Part shown: one piece after another, positions 1 through 10,600 of the stretch | Layout: the number at the start of each line of letters is the position of its first letter | How positions within the stretch are numbered: the stretch's first letter is position 1 | Assembly (NCBI GenBank): GCA_963575745.1 | Contig: CAUYUJ010000214.1 | Location: forward strand, 496,001 to 560,000 | Direction of reading: 5' to 3' | Length of the DNA stretch: 64,000 nt | DNA from: Prorocentrum cordatum | Taxonomy: Eukaryota | The notes under the pieces: generated by a model | Databases searched by the model: none | What the model was told of the DNA's origin: nothing | The model's input: only the letters and a program-made list of their open reading frames with translations | Program-made: the position numbers and the translations under genes

Positions 1-850
1 CAGCAGGAGGAGCAGCAGGAGGAGCAGCAGGAGGCAGCAGGAGGAGGAGGAGGAGGAGGAGGAGGAGGAGGAGGACGGGGAGGGGGAGGAAGGACGATGG
101 ATGGAGGAGGGAGGAGGGAGGGGAGGAGGAGGGAGGAGGAGGGAGGAGGGAGGAGGGAGGAGGGAGGAGGGAGGAGGGCGGAGGGAGGGAGGAGGGAGGG
201 AGGAGGAGGAGGAGGAGGAGGAGGAGGGGAAAAGGGAGGAGGAGGAAAGGATGGAGGAGGAGGAGAAAAGGAGGAGGGGGAGGAGAGGAGGAGGATAAGG
301 AAGAGGTAAGGAGGGAGGGAGAGGGAGGAGGGAGGAGGCGGACGGAGACGGGCAGGTGGTGGGAGGAGGGAGGAGGGATGATGAGGAGGAGAGAGGTGGG
401 AGAAGGAAAGAGGGAGGAGACAGGAGGAGGAGGGAGGGAGGAGGGAGGGAGAAGGGAGGAGGGAGGGAGGAGGGAGGAGGGAGGAGAGAGGAGGGAGGAG
501 GAGCATGAACAGGGAGAGGAGGATGGAGGAGGAGAAGGAGGAGGAGGAGGAGGAGGTGGAGGAGGAGGAGGAGGAGGAGGAGGAGGGGAGGAGGAGGGGG
601 AGGAGGAGGAGGAGGAGGGGAGGAGGAGGAGGAGGAGGAGGAGGAGGAGGAGGAGGAGGAGGAAAGGAGGAGGAGGAGGAGGAGGAGGAGGAGGAGGAGG
701 AGGAGGGGAGGAGGAGGGGGGACGAGGGGGGAGGAGGAGGAGGGGGAGGAGGGGGAAGGAGGAGGGGGAGGCGGACGGGGAGGGGAGGAAGGATGATGGA
801 GGGAGGAGGAAGGATGGAGGAGAGAGGATGGAGGAGGGAGGAGGAGGAGG
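1..850. repeat. (GGA)n / purine-rich degenerate microsatellite
   Basis: Continuous GGA/GGGA repeats; ORFs here are poly-E/G/R artefacts. Confidence 0.95.
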
Positions 851-3720
851 TTTTCCTCCACCCAGCAGAGGTCTGGCCACTGGGGCCTTGCCAGCTCCGT
901 GCAGCTGTCCCAAGAGGGGCCAATGAGCAATAATCCTATCCTCATTCCCGTGCTTGGGGTGCTTGCTCTGCAGAAATCGGCGCAACTTGTGCTGTGCTGC
1001 CTCATTGCGCTTCCACCCTGGGATCCCAAAACTGGGACAAACCTTGCCGAGGCCCAGTGGTTTCGTGGAAGCGTACTGGCAGCACTTCTTGCAGAACAAC
1101 AAGGTGTCACCCATCTCGGCCTCAGGCCGCGGGGTGAGCTCACACCACTCAATATCGTGTGTGTGGGCGAATTCGGTCACACACTGAAAGCTGGGCGGCA
1201 CATCGCTCTGCCTACAGTCCCGCTGGTCCAGGGAACTGTGCGGGGTCACCTTAGACCTCAAACAGAGCTTGCACTGCCAGCGGGAGGGTCCGACCTGGAT
1301 CAAATCGTGGGCGATTTTGCAGGCGGGGACCTTGGGGCACTGTGCCCGTCGGAGGTCCTTCCATTCAACTCGGGGCGCTGGCCCCGAGGCAAGGACACGG
1401 GCAGCAGCTACGGCGAATTTCGAGACCCGCGCAAGCTGGTCTTCGAGATGGGCCAGAGTGGGGCCGTGGATATCGTGCAGCTTGCAGGCCGACTTGGCAG
1501 CCTGGTCGGCCTGGTCATTTGACCAGGCCCTCCATTCAGCGGGAGACGCGGGGCTCTCAGGGACCTCCACATGGGCATTCTGCTTGTGGAGCCCTTTGAA
1601 GGCGGCGTCTTGCCGTGGCAGCCCCCTCCAGAGGCCAGCGAAACGACTTCTGGGGGTCGCGCCTGCCACAACCCCGGCACGGGCAATGGAGAGGACCGCC
1701 GAGCAATCCCCAACGTAGTCACAGGAGCCATCACGAAATCTGGCCCCTCACTAAATCGGCCTCCACGGCCGTCTGGGCCGAGGTGGGCGGGAGGGTCCCT
1801 GGGAGACGGTGGAGCTTGCCCGTGGCTGGGTTCCACTGCACAACCCCGACCCCCCCCCGACGAAGCGACTCGAGCAGCGAAGTCGAGGCCGATCCGTCAC
1901 CAGCCACGGGCTCCCCTGAGACAACACGGAACTGCGACAGACTGACCTCCTCATCCCCTACGAAAGCACGAGTGACAGACGAAGGAGGCGCGAGGTGGAG
2001 GGAGGGACTCTGCGGCAGCAGGTGGCACTCGAGAGTGCCGTCGGCACAGGCGCGGAGGGCGGCGACGGCCTCAGGCCAGGCGTCACCCTGTTCACTTCTG
2101 CCGCTCTCCAGCGCGCCGCAGTCCATGACGCGGTGCAGCGGGGTGTCCTCGACGCCGCATGCCAGGCACAGCGGGCTGACCGCGTAGCCCCGTCGGGCGG
2201 CCAGCGTCCTGGTCATGAACGTGCCGCCGAACACCGAGACGAGGATGTGGCGATGGAGGGGGTCAATGCGCTTGGCGCCTACGACAGTCCTCAACGCCTC
2301 CCACCAGATCGGCGTGTCCGTCAGGCCGAAGAGCGAGGCTGCAGCTGCATCCGCACGCCGTTCAACTTCACGTAGCACGTCGGCCCGGAAGATCAGGCGA
2401 ACCTCCTTGGGCCCTCGAGCGAGGACGGAGACCTCGCCATGCGTGGGCGAGAGGAAAGAGGTTGCATGCATGGCCGTCCAGCCCGCCCACTTCAGCACGC
2501 GCAACATGGCCCCAAAGGGCCCTGCCTCAGCGCGACCCTCGTGGTAGTCGCCGAGGGCCACGTCGAAGGCAGCCTTCAGACAGGGGACTGGGATGACGCG
2601 CCCATTCGCCTGCCTGCGGTCTGTGGTGCGCCACCACTCCTCCGCGTACCTCACAATGCCAGCCGATGCGAGGTCGCCCAGCGGATCCAAGGCGGGAAGC
2701 AGCGCGCCCATGATGTCGCTGCTGACGTACGGGTGCCCGTGCACGCGCTTCGCGCGGGAGCGGAGGTCGCTGATCTCGAGGTCCGTGAAACCCGTAACCT
2801 CGCCACCCCAGTGTGCAGACGGGAGCACCGCAGTGTGCCAGACCCGCTTGCAGCCCGCCACAACGGCGGCCGCCTGCAGCGCCTTGCGCATCCGCGCTCG
2901 GCCCAGGCGTAGCCTCGCCCTCCTCACAGGGCCTGCGCTGTGGACGACGCCAGGGAGCTCGCGTCTGTGGCTGGCGGCGCCGCTGCGACGAGCACCGGGC
3001 ACCCCGCGCAGTTGCGCGCGGCGGCCCGCGCGAAAGTCCACGCCGAGGTACCTTATAGAGCCCGTCCCGCGCCGGCGGCACGCAGCCTTCGGCGGCAGGC
3101 CAAGGCTGCGGAGGGAGTCCTGCGCACAGCTGGAGATGCGGTCCGTGGATCCGAGAACGGTGCCCTTGCCGCTGGCCAGCTCCATGTGCAGGTCCTGCTG
3201 CAGCGCGGCCTTAAGGTCCCTGGCGGCGTCGACGAGGAGCGCGATGGCCTCGCCCTCCGTGCCCGCCACGACCTCCTGCCCGATGTCGCCCACGTGGACG
3301 GAGAGCAGCACCTCGGGGTGGCGCTCCTGCTGGGCCTTCGAGTCCGCGATGAGGTATGCCGCCAAGGCGTACGTCGCAGCAAAGCACCCGGCCACAATGC
3401 CGTTGTCGGGCAGGATGCCCGCGGAGACCATCCCGTCCATGACCGCGTACCTGGTCCACCTGAAAGCGCCGACCACCACCCGCAGGATCGCCGCGGGGAA
3501 GCCCACAGCACGCGCCGTTTGGATCAGCTTGGCGTGCGAGACCTTTTCGAAGGCCTTGGCCAGGTCCCACAGCAGCACGAGGAAGGCCTGGCCCGTGCCG
3601 ACCGCTGCCTCGCCGCGCGCAGCAGCGCGCCATACGCAGTCCGTGACCTTCCTGCCCTCCCTTGTGCTGTGGATGAGGCAAGTGCCAGAGGCCGAGGTTG
3701 AGGGCATGGCAGCGCGACCT
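850..3720 (-). pseudogene. 5'-truncated non-LTR retrotransposon ORF2 fragment (RT C-terminal half, zinc-binding region, RNase H, C-terminal Cys motifs)
   Basis: The 1731..4004(-) ORF contains LLWDLAKAFEKV, GIVAGCFAAT, a degenerate YxDD (SVHVGDIG), YLGVDF, LCLAC..DTPLHRVMDC and the RNase H start VAGDGSA...QTAVEA. After a frameshift near 1740-1760, another minus frame reads YVGDCSAV...NAHV...SNDQADQAAK...WQCKLC...LFCKKC...GLGKVC. This is colinear with ORF2 of the element at 30193-35040. Confidence 0.88.
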
Positions 3721-4143
3721 GGACGATGGAGGAGGAGGGGGAGGAGGAGGAGGAGGAGGAGGAGGAGGAGGAGGAGGAGAACAGATGTGGGGGGACGGAG
3801 GAGGGGGAAAAGGAGGGGGGGAGAGGAGGAGGAGGGGGAAGGAGGAGGAGAAGGAGGAGGAGGAGGAGGAGTAGGACCAGATTCTCCCATATGCATCAGC
3901 GCCTCTGCACAGACACAATCCCTTCCCAAGTCCCCGACTCGTGGGTGCCAATCTGCCTTCCGTTTCACGACAGGAAGCGCCCCCTCGAAAGACCACCACC
4001 TCATGGGCGTTTGCCCCCCAGCTTTGTGAATCTAACGCAAGCGTGAGACCCATTCCCATGGCCGCCGTCGTGCAAGCGGACCGCTGAGAGCCCCCCCCCA
4101 GGGAGGGAGAGACGCACAGCCCGCGGCGGGGAAGAACCCCCCC

Positions 4144-4144
<1 letters not shown>

Positions 4145-4184
<40 letters not shown>

Positions 4185-4880
4185 ACACACCCACACCCAC
4201 ACGCACACGCACACGCACACGCACACGCACACGCACACGCACACGCACACGCACACGCACACGCACACGCACAAGCACACGCACACGCACACGCACACGC
4301 ACACGCACACGCACACGCACACGCACACGCACACGCACACGCACACGCACACGCACACGCACACGCACACGCACACGCACACGCACACGCACACGCACAC
4401 GCACACGCACACGCACACGCACACGCACACGCACACGCACACGCACGCGCACGCACACGCACACGCACACGCACACGCACACGCACACGCACACGCACAC
4501 GCACACGCACACGCACACGCACACGCACACACACACACACACACACACGCATACACATACACACATACACACAACACACACACACACAGCACACACAACA
4601 CACACACACACAGCACACACAAACACACACACACACAACACGCACGCACGCACGCACGCCACGCCACGCCACGCCACGCCACGCCACGCCACGCCACGCC
4701 ACGCCACGACATGACACGACACGACACGACACGACACGACACGACACGGCACCGCACCGCACCGCACCGCACCGCACCGCACCGCACCGCACCGCACCGC
4801 ACCGCACCGCACCGCACCACACCACACCACACCACACCACCACACACACGACCAAACCAGACCAAACCAGACCACACCAC
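4145..4880. repeat. Compound microsatellite (CA)n-(CACACG)n-(GCCAC)n-(GACAC)n-(GCACC)n-(ACACC)n
   Basis: Read directly from the sequence. Confidence 0.95.
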
Positions 4881-5171
4881 CCCACTTCCCTCACCCGCCT
4901 CACCGCCTATTCGTCGCCCGTCTCCCCCTCGCTTCCCCTCCTCCCTTTTTCTCTTCTCCCCCGCCCCCCTTTCGCCCTTCCTCCCTTCATTCCATCCCCC
5001 CTCTCCTCCCTTCCCCCTGCTTCCTTCCTTGTATTCCCGCCATTACCCGTCCCCCCACACTCGTCCGTCGCCCCCCCCCACCCCCCGTCCTCCTAATTAC
5101 CCTCACATCTCCCTTTCTCCCCCCCTTTCACAATCTCTTTCTCGCTCTCGCGCTCTCTCCTTCTCTTTTTT

Positions 5172-5215
<44 letters not shown>

Positions 5216-5379
5216 AGTTTTTCCCAACCATCCTAATGTGTTGGGTCCTCTTTTTGAAGAGACTGACCCCACGTTCACTCCTCCTCCTCCTCCCGCTGCC
5301 CCCTCCTCCCTCCTCCCTCCTTCCATCTTCGCCCCTGCCCTCCGCATGTTTGTGCTTCGGCGCACACAGTGCAACGCTT

Positions 5380-6612
5380 CGTGGCCCGTAGGGAGCTCCA
5401 CCGAAGGCCTCAGCGGCAGGGTCCACATGGCGCCGCCGCTTCATTTCGGTGCCCCCCTCACACGGCTCGTGGCCCAATAGGGAGCTCCACCGAAGGCCCC
5501 GGCGGCAGAGTCCACATGGCGGCGCCGCCCCATGTTGGCGCACCCCTCACACGGCTCGTGGCCCCATGGGGAATTCCACAGAAGGCCCAAGTAGCAGGGT
5601 CCACGTGGCGGCGCCGCCCCATTTGAACGGTTCGTGGCCCCATGGGGAGCTCCACCGCAAGCCCTAGCGGCAGGGTCCACATGGCGGCGCCGCCCCATTT
5701 TGGTGCATCCCTCACACGGTTCGTGGCCCCATAGGGAGCTCCACCGAAGGGCCCAACAGCAGAGTCACCATGGCGGTGCCGGCCCAATTTGGCGCACCAC
5801 TCGCATGGTTCGTGGCCCCATGGGGGGCTCCACGGAAGGCCCAAGTTGCAGGGTCCACGTGGCGGCGCCGCCCCTTTTTGACGGTTCGTGGCCCCATGGG
5901 GGAGAGCTCCACCGAAGGCCCCAGCAGCAGAGTCCACATGGCGCTGCCGCTTCATTTCGGTGCCCCCCTCACACGGTTCGTGGCCCAATAGGGAGTTCCA
6001 CCGAAGGCCCCGGCGGCAGAGTCCACATGGCGGTGCCGCCCCATGTTGGCGCACCCTTCACACGGCTCGTGGCCCCATGGGGAATTCCACAGAAGGCCCA
6101 AGTAGCAGGGTCCACGTGGCGGCGCCGCCCCATTTGAACGGTTCGTGGCCCCATGGGGAGCTCCACCGCAAGCCCTAGCGGCAGGGTCCACATGGCGGCG
6201 CCGCACCATTTTGGTGCACCCCTCACACGGTTCGTGGCCCCATAGGGAGCTCCACCGAAGGCCCAAGCGGCAGTGTCCACATGGCGGCGCCGCCCCATGT
6301 TTGCGCATCTTTCAGACGGTTCGTGGCCCCATGGGGAGCTCCACCGAAGGCCCCAGCAGCAGAGTCCACATGGCGCCGCCGCTTCATTTTGGTGCCCCCT
6401 CACACGGCTCGTGGTCATGGGGAGCTACACCGAAGGCCCCCGCAGCACAGTCCACATGGCGGCGCCGCTTCATTGTGGCGCACCCCTCACACGGCTCGTG
6501 GCCCCAAAGGGAGCTCCACCGAAGGCCCTAGTGGCGGAGTTTGTACGGCGGCGACGCCCCATTTTTGCGCACCCCTCACGCGGGTCGTGGCTCCATAGGG
6601 AGCTCCACCGAA
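5380..6612. repeat. ~78-89 bp GC-rich minisatellite with a 511-bp higher-order repeat
   Basis: Monomer CGTGGCCCCATGGGGAGCTCCACCGAAGGCCC...GTCCACATGGCGGCGCCGCC. The block from ~5422 recurs at ~5933; ORF-track starts 5634 and 6145 are also 511 apart. Confidence 0.9.
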
Positions 6613-6780
6613 AGCGGCGCCACAACACTGGATTCGCAACTGCTCATGGTTGAGTCCTTCGCCAGGATTATCCGTAAGGGCTTCGCCCCATGCCGCCGGC
6701 ACCCTGTCTCGGATAATGGGAGATGCAAAAGCTAAATCATGAGGTCTGGGCGCCGCCGTGAAGCAGTGTCGGCACCAGTT

Positions 6781-7402
6781 TGTTTTTGGGCCCTGACCCT
6801 ACGGATCTGCGTGAGGGGTGCCGCCGAATTTCAGAAATGTGGCAAATCCTACGTGTTTTTGCACCCTGACCCTATGGATCTGCGTGAGAGGTGCCGCCGA
6901 TTTTTAGAAATGTATCAAATCCCTTGTGTTTTTGGACCCTGACCCCGCCAATCTGCGTGAGGGGTGCCAGCAAATTTCAGAAAAGTGGCAAATCCCATGT
7001 GTTTTTGGACCCTGACCCCGCCGATCTGCGTGAGGGGTGCCACTGGATTTCAGAAATGTGGCAAATCCCATGTGTTTTTGGATCCTGACCCTGCCGCTCT
7101 GTTTGAGGGGTGCCACCGAATTTCGGAAATGTATCAAATTCCTTGTGTTTTTGACCCCTGACCCTATGGATCTGCGTGAGAGGTGCCAGCATTTTTTGTA
7201 GAAATGTAGCAAATCCCTCGTGTTTTTGGACCCTGACCCCGCCAATCTGCGTGAGGCCAGCAAATCTTAGACATGTGGCAAATCCCATGTGTTTTTGGAC
7301 CCTGACCCCGCCGATCTGCGTGAGGGGTGCCACCGAATGTCAGAAATGTGGCAAATCCCATGTGTTTTTGGACCCTGACCCCGCCGATCTGCGTGAGGGG
7401 TG
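6781..7402. repeat. 73-bp tandem repeat, about 8-9 copies
   Basis: Unit TGTTTTTGGACCCTGACCCCGCCGATCTGCGTGAGGGGTGCC...CAGAAATGTGGCAAATCCCATG starts at 6781, 6854, 6927 and onward. Confidence 0.92.
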
Positions 7403-7687
7403 TTAATTTTTACCTACCCCAGCAATTCAGAGCACACGCTCAGGGCGTAGTAAAAATGCCCGCTTTGGGCCTCCCCCCCTCGCGCGGTCCATCAACAAGG
7501 AACAGTACGCAGCAAGAAGTCAACAAGGAACAGTAAGCAGCAAGAAGCAGAACTGTAACAGTGGAAACTGGAAGCTGCAACTGGCACAGGAAACTGCGAA
7601 CCTTAGGCCTACAGCCTGGTGGCCCCACAAGGGGGCCGGCGGATTTGCTGCGTGTGTGTGTGTGTGTGTGGGTCTGTGTGTGTTTTT

Positions 7688-7721
<34 letters not shown>

Positions 7722-7770
7722 CATGTGTTGTCTCTCTCTCTCTCTATATCTCTTTATGTTTTGTCCTCTC

Positions 7771-7810
<40 letters not shown>

Positions 7811-7828
7811 CCTCTCTCTCTGTCTCTG

Positions 7829-7861
<33 letters not shown>

Positions 7862-7994
7862 ATATATACACATTTTTTTTTATATATATATATAAATATA
7901 TATCTATATATATATATATCAGAGCGAGGGGGCCCGAACGATCATTCACTGTCCCTGGGTGCGTGGCTGAAGTGGGGATCCACGGCGACGATTC

Positions 7995-8928
7995 TTGTTG
8001 TTGTTTTGTTGTTGTTTTGTTGCGTCGTCCCCCCCCCCCAGGTCCGCGACCCGCCCGCGACCCGCCTGCGGCCCACACGCGACCCACCCCACGACCCACC
8101 CGCGACCACTCCGCGACCCACCCGCGCGACCCACCCGCGACCTGCCCACGAACCACCCCGCGACCCACCCGCGACCACTCCGCGACCCACCCGCGGCCCA
8201 CCCCACGACCCACCCGCGACCCACCCGCGAACCACCCCGTGCCCGCCCCCTCACTCTTATCCGCAATTGGTGCTACGTATATCACTCTCTCTCTCTCTCG
8301 CCATATATATATATATATATATATATTAGGTACACACACATATATATATATATATATATACATATACGGACCACCCCGCAATGGCGGATAAGAGTGAGGC
8401 GGCGGCGGTGACGTGACGTCGGCAGTCTGCGATGCTCTGAAGAAGCCCGCCGCAGGCGCTCACCCTTCACAACTTATAAAACGAGCTCGCCGCAGGCGCC
8501 GACTTTTTAGTTGAAGCAATGTGGGCGGGTCGCGGGGTGGGCCGCGGGTGGGTCGCGGGTGGGTCGCGGGTGGGTCGTGGGCCGGGTCGCGGACCGGGTC
8601 GCGGATGGGTCGCGGGTGGGTCGCGGGCCGGGTCGCGGACCGGGTCGCGGATGGGTCGCGGGTGGGTCGCGGTTGGGTCGCGGGTGGGTCGCGGGCCGGG
8701 TCGCGGACCGGGTCGCGGATGGGTCGCGGGTGGGTCGCGGGCCGGGTCGCGGACCGGGTCGCGGATGGGTCGCGGGTGGGTCGCGGGTGGGTCGCGGTCG
8801 GGTCGTGGGGTGGGTCGCGGGTGGGTCGCGGGTGACCGCGGGCGGGTCGCGGGCCGGGGCGGGGGGGGGACGACGACAAAGAATAGCAAACAAAGAATAA
8901 ACAGCAAACAACAAAAAACAAGTACCAA

Positions 8929-8930
<2 letters not shown>
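7995..8930. mobile_element. Foldback-like structure: two inverted arrays of 11-bp repeats around a central MITE-like insert
   Basis: (CCCACCCGCGA)n at ~8045-8235 is inverted relative to (GGGTCGCGGGT)n at ~8525-8855. The outer flanks (TTG-rich/CGTCGTCCCCC and GGGGGACGACG/CAA-rich) are also complementary. Confidence 0.6.
8249..8399. mobile_element. MITE-like element with ~21-bp TIRs and (TA)n interior
   Basis: CCTCACTCTTATCCGCAATTG ... CAATGGCGGATAAGAGTGAGG, one mismatch. Confidence 0.65.
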
Positions 8931-8975
<45 letters not shown>

Positions 8976-9180
8976 CCACAACCACAACAACCACAACCAC
9001 AACCACAACCACAACCACAATCACAACCACAACCATAACCACAATCACAACAACAACGGTAACAACAGCAACAGCAACAACAACCGCAACAGCAGCAACA
9101 ACAACAACAGCAGCAGCAGCAGCAACAGCAACAGCAACCGCAACAACAACAACAACAACACCAACACCAACAACAACAAG
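8930..9180. repeat. (CAA)n/(CAG)n microsatellite
   Basis: Read directly from the sequence. Confidence 0.95.
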
Positions 9181-9189
9181 CAGTCTAAT

Positions 9190-10330
9190 ATTGTTCGCTC
9201 TTACACGCGTGCGTGTCTCTCAACATGCCTATCCGAAGCCCTCGCTATGCGCCCCCTTCAGCTTCGACTGCACCCCTTTGGGGGTGTATTTTCTTTGCCT
9301 GACATGTGTCATTGGCGCAGCCCCTCAAACAGGAAGACTAAGGAGAAAGGAAGTGCAGCGAGGGGGCTACGAGGAAACGGGGCCACGAAGGGCAGCGAGG
9401 GGGCCACGAAGAGCTGCAACGGAGCCACGAAGGGCAGCGAGGGTGCCACGAAACGACGCAACGGGGCCACGAAGGGCAGCGAGGGGGCCACGAAGGGCTG
9501 CAACAGGGCCACGAAAGGCAGCGAGGGGGGCACGAAGGGCTGCAACGGGGCCACGAAGGGCAGCGAGGGGGCCACGAAGGGCTGCAACGGTGTCACGAAA
9601 GGCAGCGAGGGGGCTACGAAACATTGCAACGGGGCCACGGAGGGCAGCGAGGGGGCCACGAAGGGCTGCAACGGAGCCACGAAGGGCAGCGAGGGGGCCA
9701 CGAAAAATTGCAACGCGGCCACGCAGGGCAGCGAGGGGGCCACGAGGGGCTGCAACGGAGCCACGAAGGGCAGCGAGGGGGCCACGAAGAATTGCAACGG
9801 GGCCACGAAAGGCAGCGAGGGGGCCACGAAGGGTTGCAACGGGGCCACGAAGGGCAGCGAGAGGGCCACGAAGGGCTGCAACGGGGCCGCGAAGGGCAGC
9901 GAGATCCCGATTCTTAAGTAAGTTGTGATGGAGTGAAGGAGTCCTAGGCGTTAGCGCGACTCCTGGGTGCCTGAGTGTCGGGAGCGCGGCGCTTGAGTAA
10001 ATTGCGGGGAATTCCAACGCACGAGCGCAAGTCTTCAGTAATTTGCGAGCAAGTCTCCAGCGAGAGCGCGACAGAGCGCCGAGAAAGCGATTCGGGAATA
10101 AATTGTAAGGACGTCCCAAGCGAGAGCGCGATTCTTGAGTAGGAAGTCTCAGGCTGGAGGGGGGGTCCTGGCTGAATTGTGAGGAGTCTTAGGCCGTTGT
10201 TGTTGTAACCCGGGGGCCAGGGGCGCAGTTCGACCCTTCTGATTTCTCTTGGTTAAAAGAGGGTGCGAGCCCCAGGGGAGCAACTTCAATTGAAAAACAC
10301 AATGGTCACTTTAGGAGGATCAACAATAAT
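9190..10330 (+). repeat. Copy of a ~600-700 bp dispersed repeat (see 14610-16700), expanded by an internal 42-bp tandem array
   Basis: Shares head (CCGAAGCCCTCG..CGCCC.CTTC) and tail (GCGCGGCG..TGA.TAA.TTGCG; GTTGTTGTAACCC..GGCCAGGGGC.CAGTT) motifs with the three copies at 14610-16700. Confidence 0.7.
9378..9903. repeat. 42-bp tandem repeat made of two alternating 21-mers
   Basis: GGGCCACGAAGGGCAGCGAGG alternates with GGGCCACGAAGGGCTGCAACG, about 12 double units. Confidence 0.92.
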
Positions 10331-10386
10331 TATTGTTCGGTAGTGAGAAAACAACAACAGCAGCAGCAACAACAGCATCAGCAACG

Positions 10387-10437
<51 letters not shown>

Positions 10438-10475
10438 GCAACAGCAACACCAACACCAACACCAATAACAACACA

Positions 10476-10513
10476 TCCGTAGCCATGTTGGCTCAAGCCC
10501 GTTCTGGATGAAG
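10476..10513 (+). other. Dinoflagellate spliced-leader relic (21/22 match) plus a second degenerate relic
   Basis: TCCGTAGCCATGTTGGCTCAAG (10476-10497) vs DCCGTAGCCATTTTGGCTCAAG; then CCGTTCTGGATGAAG (10499-10513) matches CCATTTTGGCTCAAG at 11/15. Confidence 0.9.
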
Positions 10514-10600
10514 AACCGCTGCCGCTCGTCTGGCAAAGCTCTGGAACATTGCCGCAAAATTCTTGACCCTTCTCCCGCCAGCCCCAGCCAGGGCGTCACC

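Noticed and set aside
899..4029. Plus-strand ORFs 899..1522 and 2593..4029
   Set aside because: Antisense to the LINE fragment, whose motifs are on the minus strand.
3211..4903. Long Cys/Val/Arg-rich ORFs
   Set aside because: Translations of CA/CACACG microsatellites.
5380..7402. Regular arrays as a CRISPR locus
   Set aside because: Units are wholly repeated with no unique spacers, there are no cas genes, and the context is eukaryotic.
9191..9928. Repetitive ORFs (GPRRAAR / GATKGSE) as a repeat protein
   Set aside because: All frames are open simply because of the stop-free 42-bp array, which sits inside a non-coding dispersed repeat.
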